This document shows positions 23,773 through 24,558 of a DNA stretch of 24,558 bases, one piece after another. The DNA comes from a virus (Duplodnaviria > Caudoviricetes). Both the position numbers and the translations under genes were made by a program. The notes under the pieces were generated by a model. The model saw nothing but the letters and a program-made list of their open reading frames with translations. It was not told the DNA's origin and did not search any database. The stretch lies in IMG/VR virus record IMGVR_UViG_3300044820_000185, positions 1 to 24,558 of that record. One strand, given 5' to 3'. The stretch's first letter is position 1, and each line of letters opens with the position of its first letter.

Positions 23773-24288
23773 ATGGGCTGGCATAACATTCTGAGCAAGA
23801 CCGACCGGGCGCTGGCCGCCTACATCATCAGCAAGGGCGCCGGGACAGCCGCCGACACGTTCCCGCTCCGGAGCAGCCTACAGATGCAGACCGTCCCGGT
23901 CACCATCTGCCACGCCACCCGCGGCACGCAAATCTCCCCCTTTGCCGCGGACTACGAGGTCTCCGCGGTTATCGAGGTCCGCAACCCGGGGGCGGTGGAC
24001 GTGGGCCAGAATGCCCAGGCCCCGCGCCTGGCCGGCGATGCCAGGGTTCAGGCGACCTTCGACTTGTTCTTCACCCATATCGATTCCTCGGCCGAGAGGC
24101 TCGCCGCGGACATCACGGCCGCGGCGAACACCCTGGCCGTCGGCGACCCGAACAATGCCGACCTGGCCGACTTCACCGTCTTTGGCCTGACCATTGGCGC
24201 CGTCGAGTGCGGCATCGAGGAGGAGGGCGACGTCTGGATTGACCGGATCAACCTCACCCTCTCCGTTGCCCCCAGCGCCATCGCCTAG
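23773..24288 (+). CDS. Probable tail terminator protein (gpU-like position)
   Basis: 171-aa acidic alpha/beta protein immediately before the probable major tail gene. Confidence 0.55.
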   Translation: MGWHNILSKTDRALAAYIISKGAGTAADTFPLRSSLQMQTVPVTICHATRGTQISPFAADYEVSAVIEVRNPGAVDVGQNAQAPRLAGDARVQATFDLFFTHIDSSAERLAADITAAANTLAVGDPNNADLADFTVFGLTIGAVECGIEEEGDVWIDRINLTLSVAPSAIA

Positions 24289-24319
24289 CTGGCGCCGTTG
24301 ACTCCGCCCCCTCTTCAAT

Positions 24320-24558
24320 ATGGCCAGCGACGTACAAAACGGGACCGGAATTCTGTTCGGAATCACCAACGACGGAACGCCCATCACCATGCTGGGCTAT
24401 GCCACATTTGTCCTCGAGGGAGCGGACCTGGGGCATAAATTCGACCTGGACACCGTCAAGGACGTTGGGAAATTCGATGCTTCGCTCATTGCCACCAACG
24501 CCCACACGGAGGTCGAGATCACCTGGGTTCCGAGCGGCGCCACCCGCGCGGCCGCGGC
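24320..24558 (+). CDS. Probable major tail tube protein, 5' part (runs off the window)
   Basis: Open frame from ATG 24320 to the end (MASDVQNGTGILFGITNDG...EVEITWVPSG), beta-rich and acidic. It is absent from the ORF track because it has no stop in the window. Confidence 0.6.
   Translation, partial: MASDVQNGTGILFGITNDGTPITMLGYATFVLEGADLGHKFDLDTVKDVGKFDASLIATNAHTEVEITWVPSGATRAAA

Larger units (their letters stand above)
1..24558. mobile_element. Temperate tailed phage genome segment (lambda-like head module), apparently excised/circular form
   Basis: Integrase, attP, replication, terminase, portal, protease, capsid and tail-region genes are contiguous. No host housekeeping genes are seen. 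Phage genes lie on both sides of the att core. Confidence 0.95.

Overview
The whole window is a high-GC temperate tailed phage with a lambda-like head module. From left to right it contains: the end of a late operon with holin-, lipoprotein- and spanin-like genes; an intact attP (3' end of a tRNA, probably Val, with arm-type repeats on both sides); a tyrosine integrase; a membrane Zn-ribbon protein; a divergent pair of ribbon-helix-helix regulators; Xis-like and other early genes; a replication initiator with internal palindromic iterons; a DnaA domain-IV protein; LuxR; Mu-Gam; an HTH protein; a DUF3102-like protein; Nu1/GpA-type terminase; an inverted gpW-portal-S49 protease block; scaffold; major capsid; head-tail and tail-completion genes; and the start of a probable major tail gene. 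The attP and the early-to-terminase junction are both continuous, so this looks like an excised or circular genome rather than an integrated prophage. A Verrucomicrobiota-like host is my inference only. The most unusual signals are: (1) a major capsid protein with a 47-aa membrane/signal-like leader, plus a second signal-peptide protein in the head cluster; (2) a perfect 14-bp palindrome, GGAACAATTGTTCC, found four times, once inside the gene of a candidate binding protein; (3) a CGTTGACT motif a short fixed distance before late-gene start codons; (4) the inverted head cassette; (5) an RHH/RHH lysis-lysogeny switch. All family assignments come from motif recognition by eye, with no database search.
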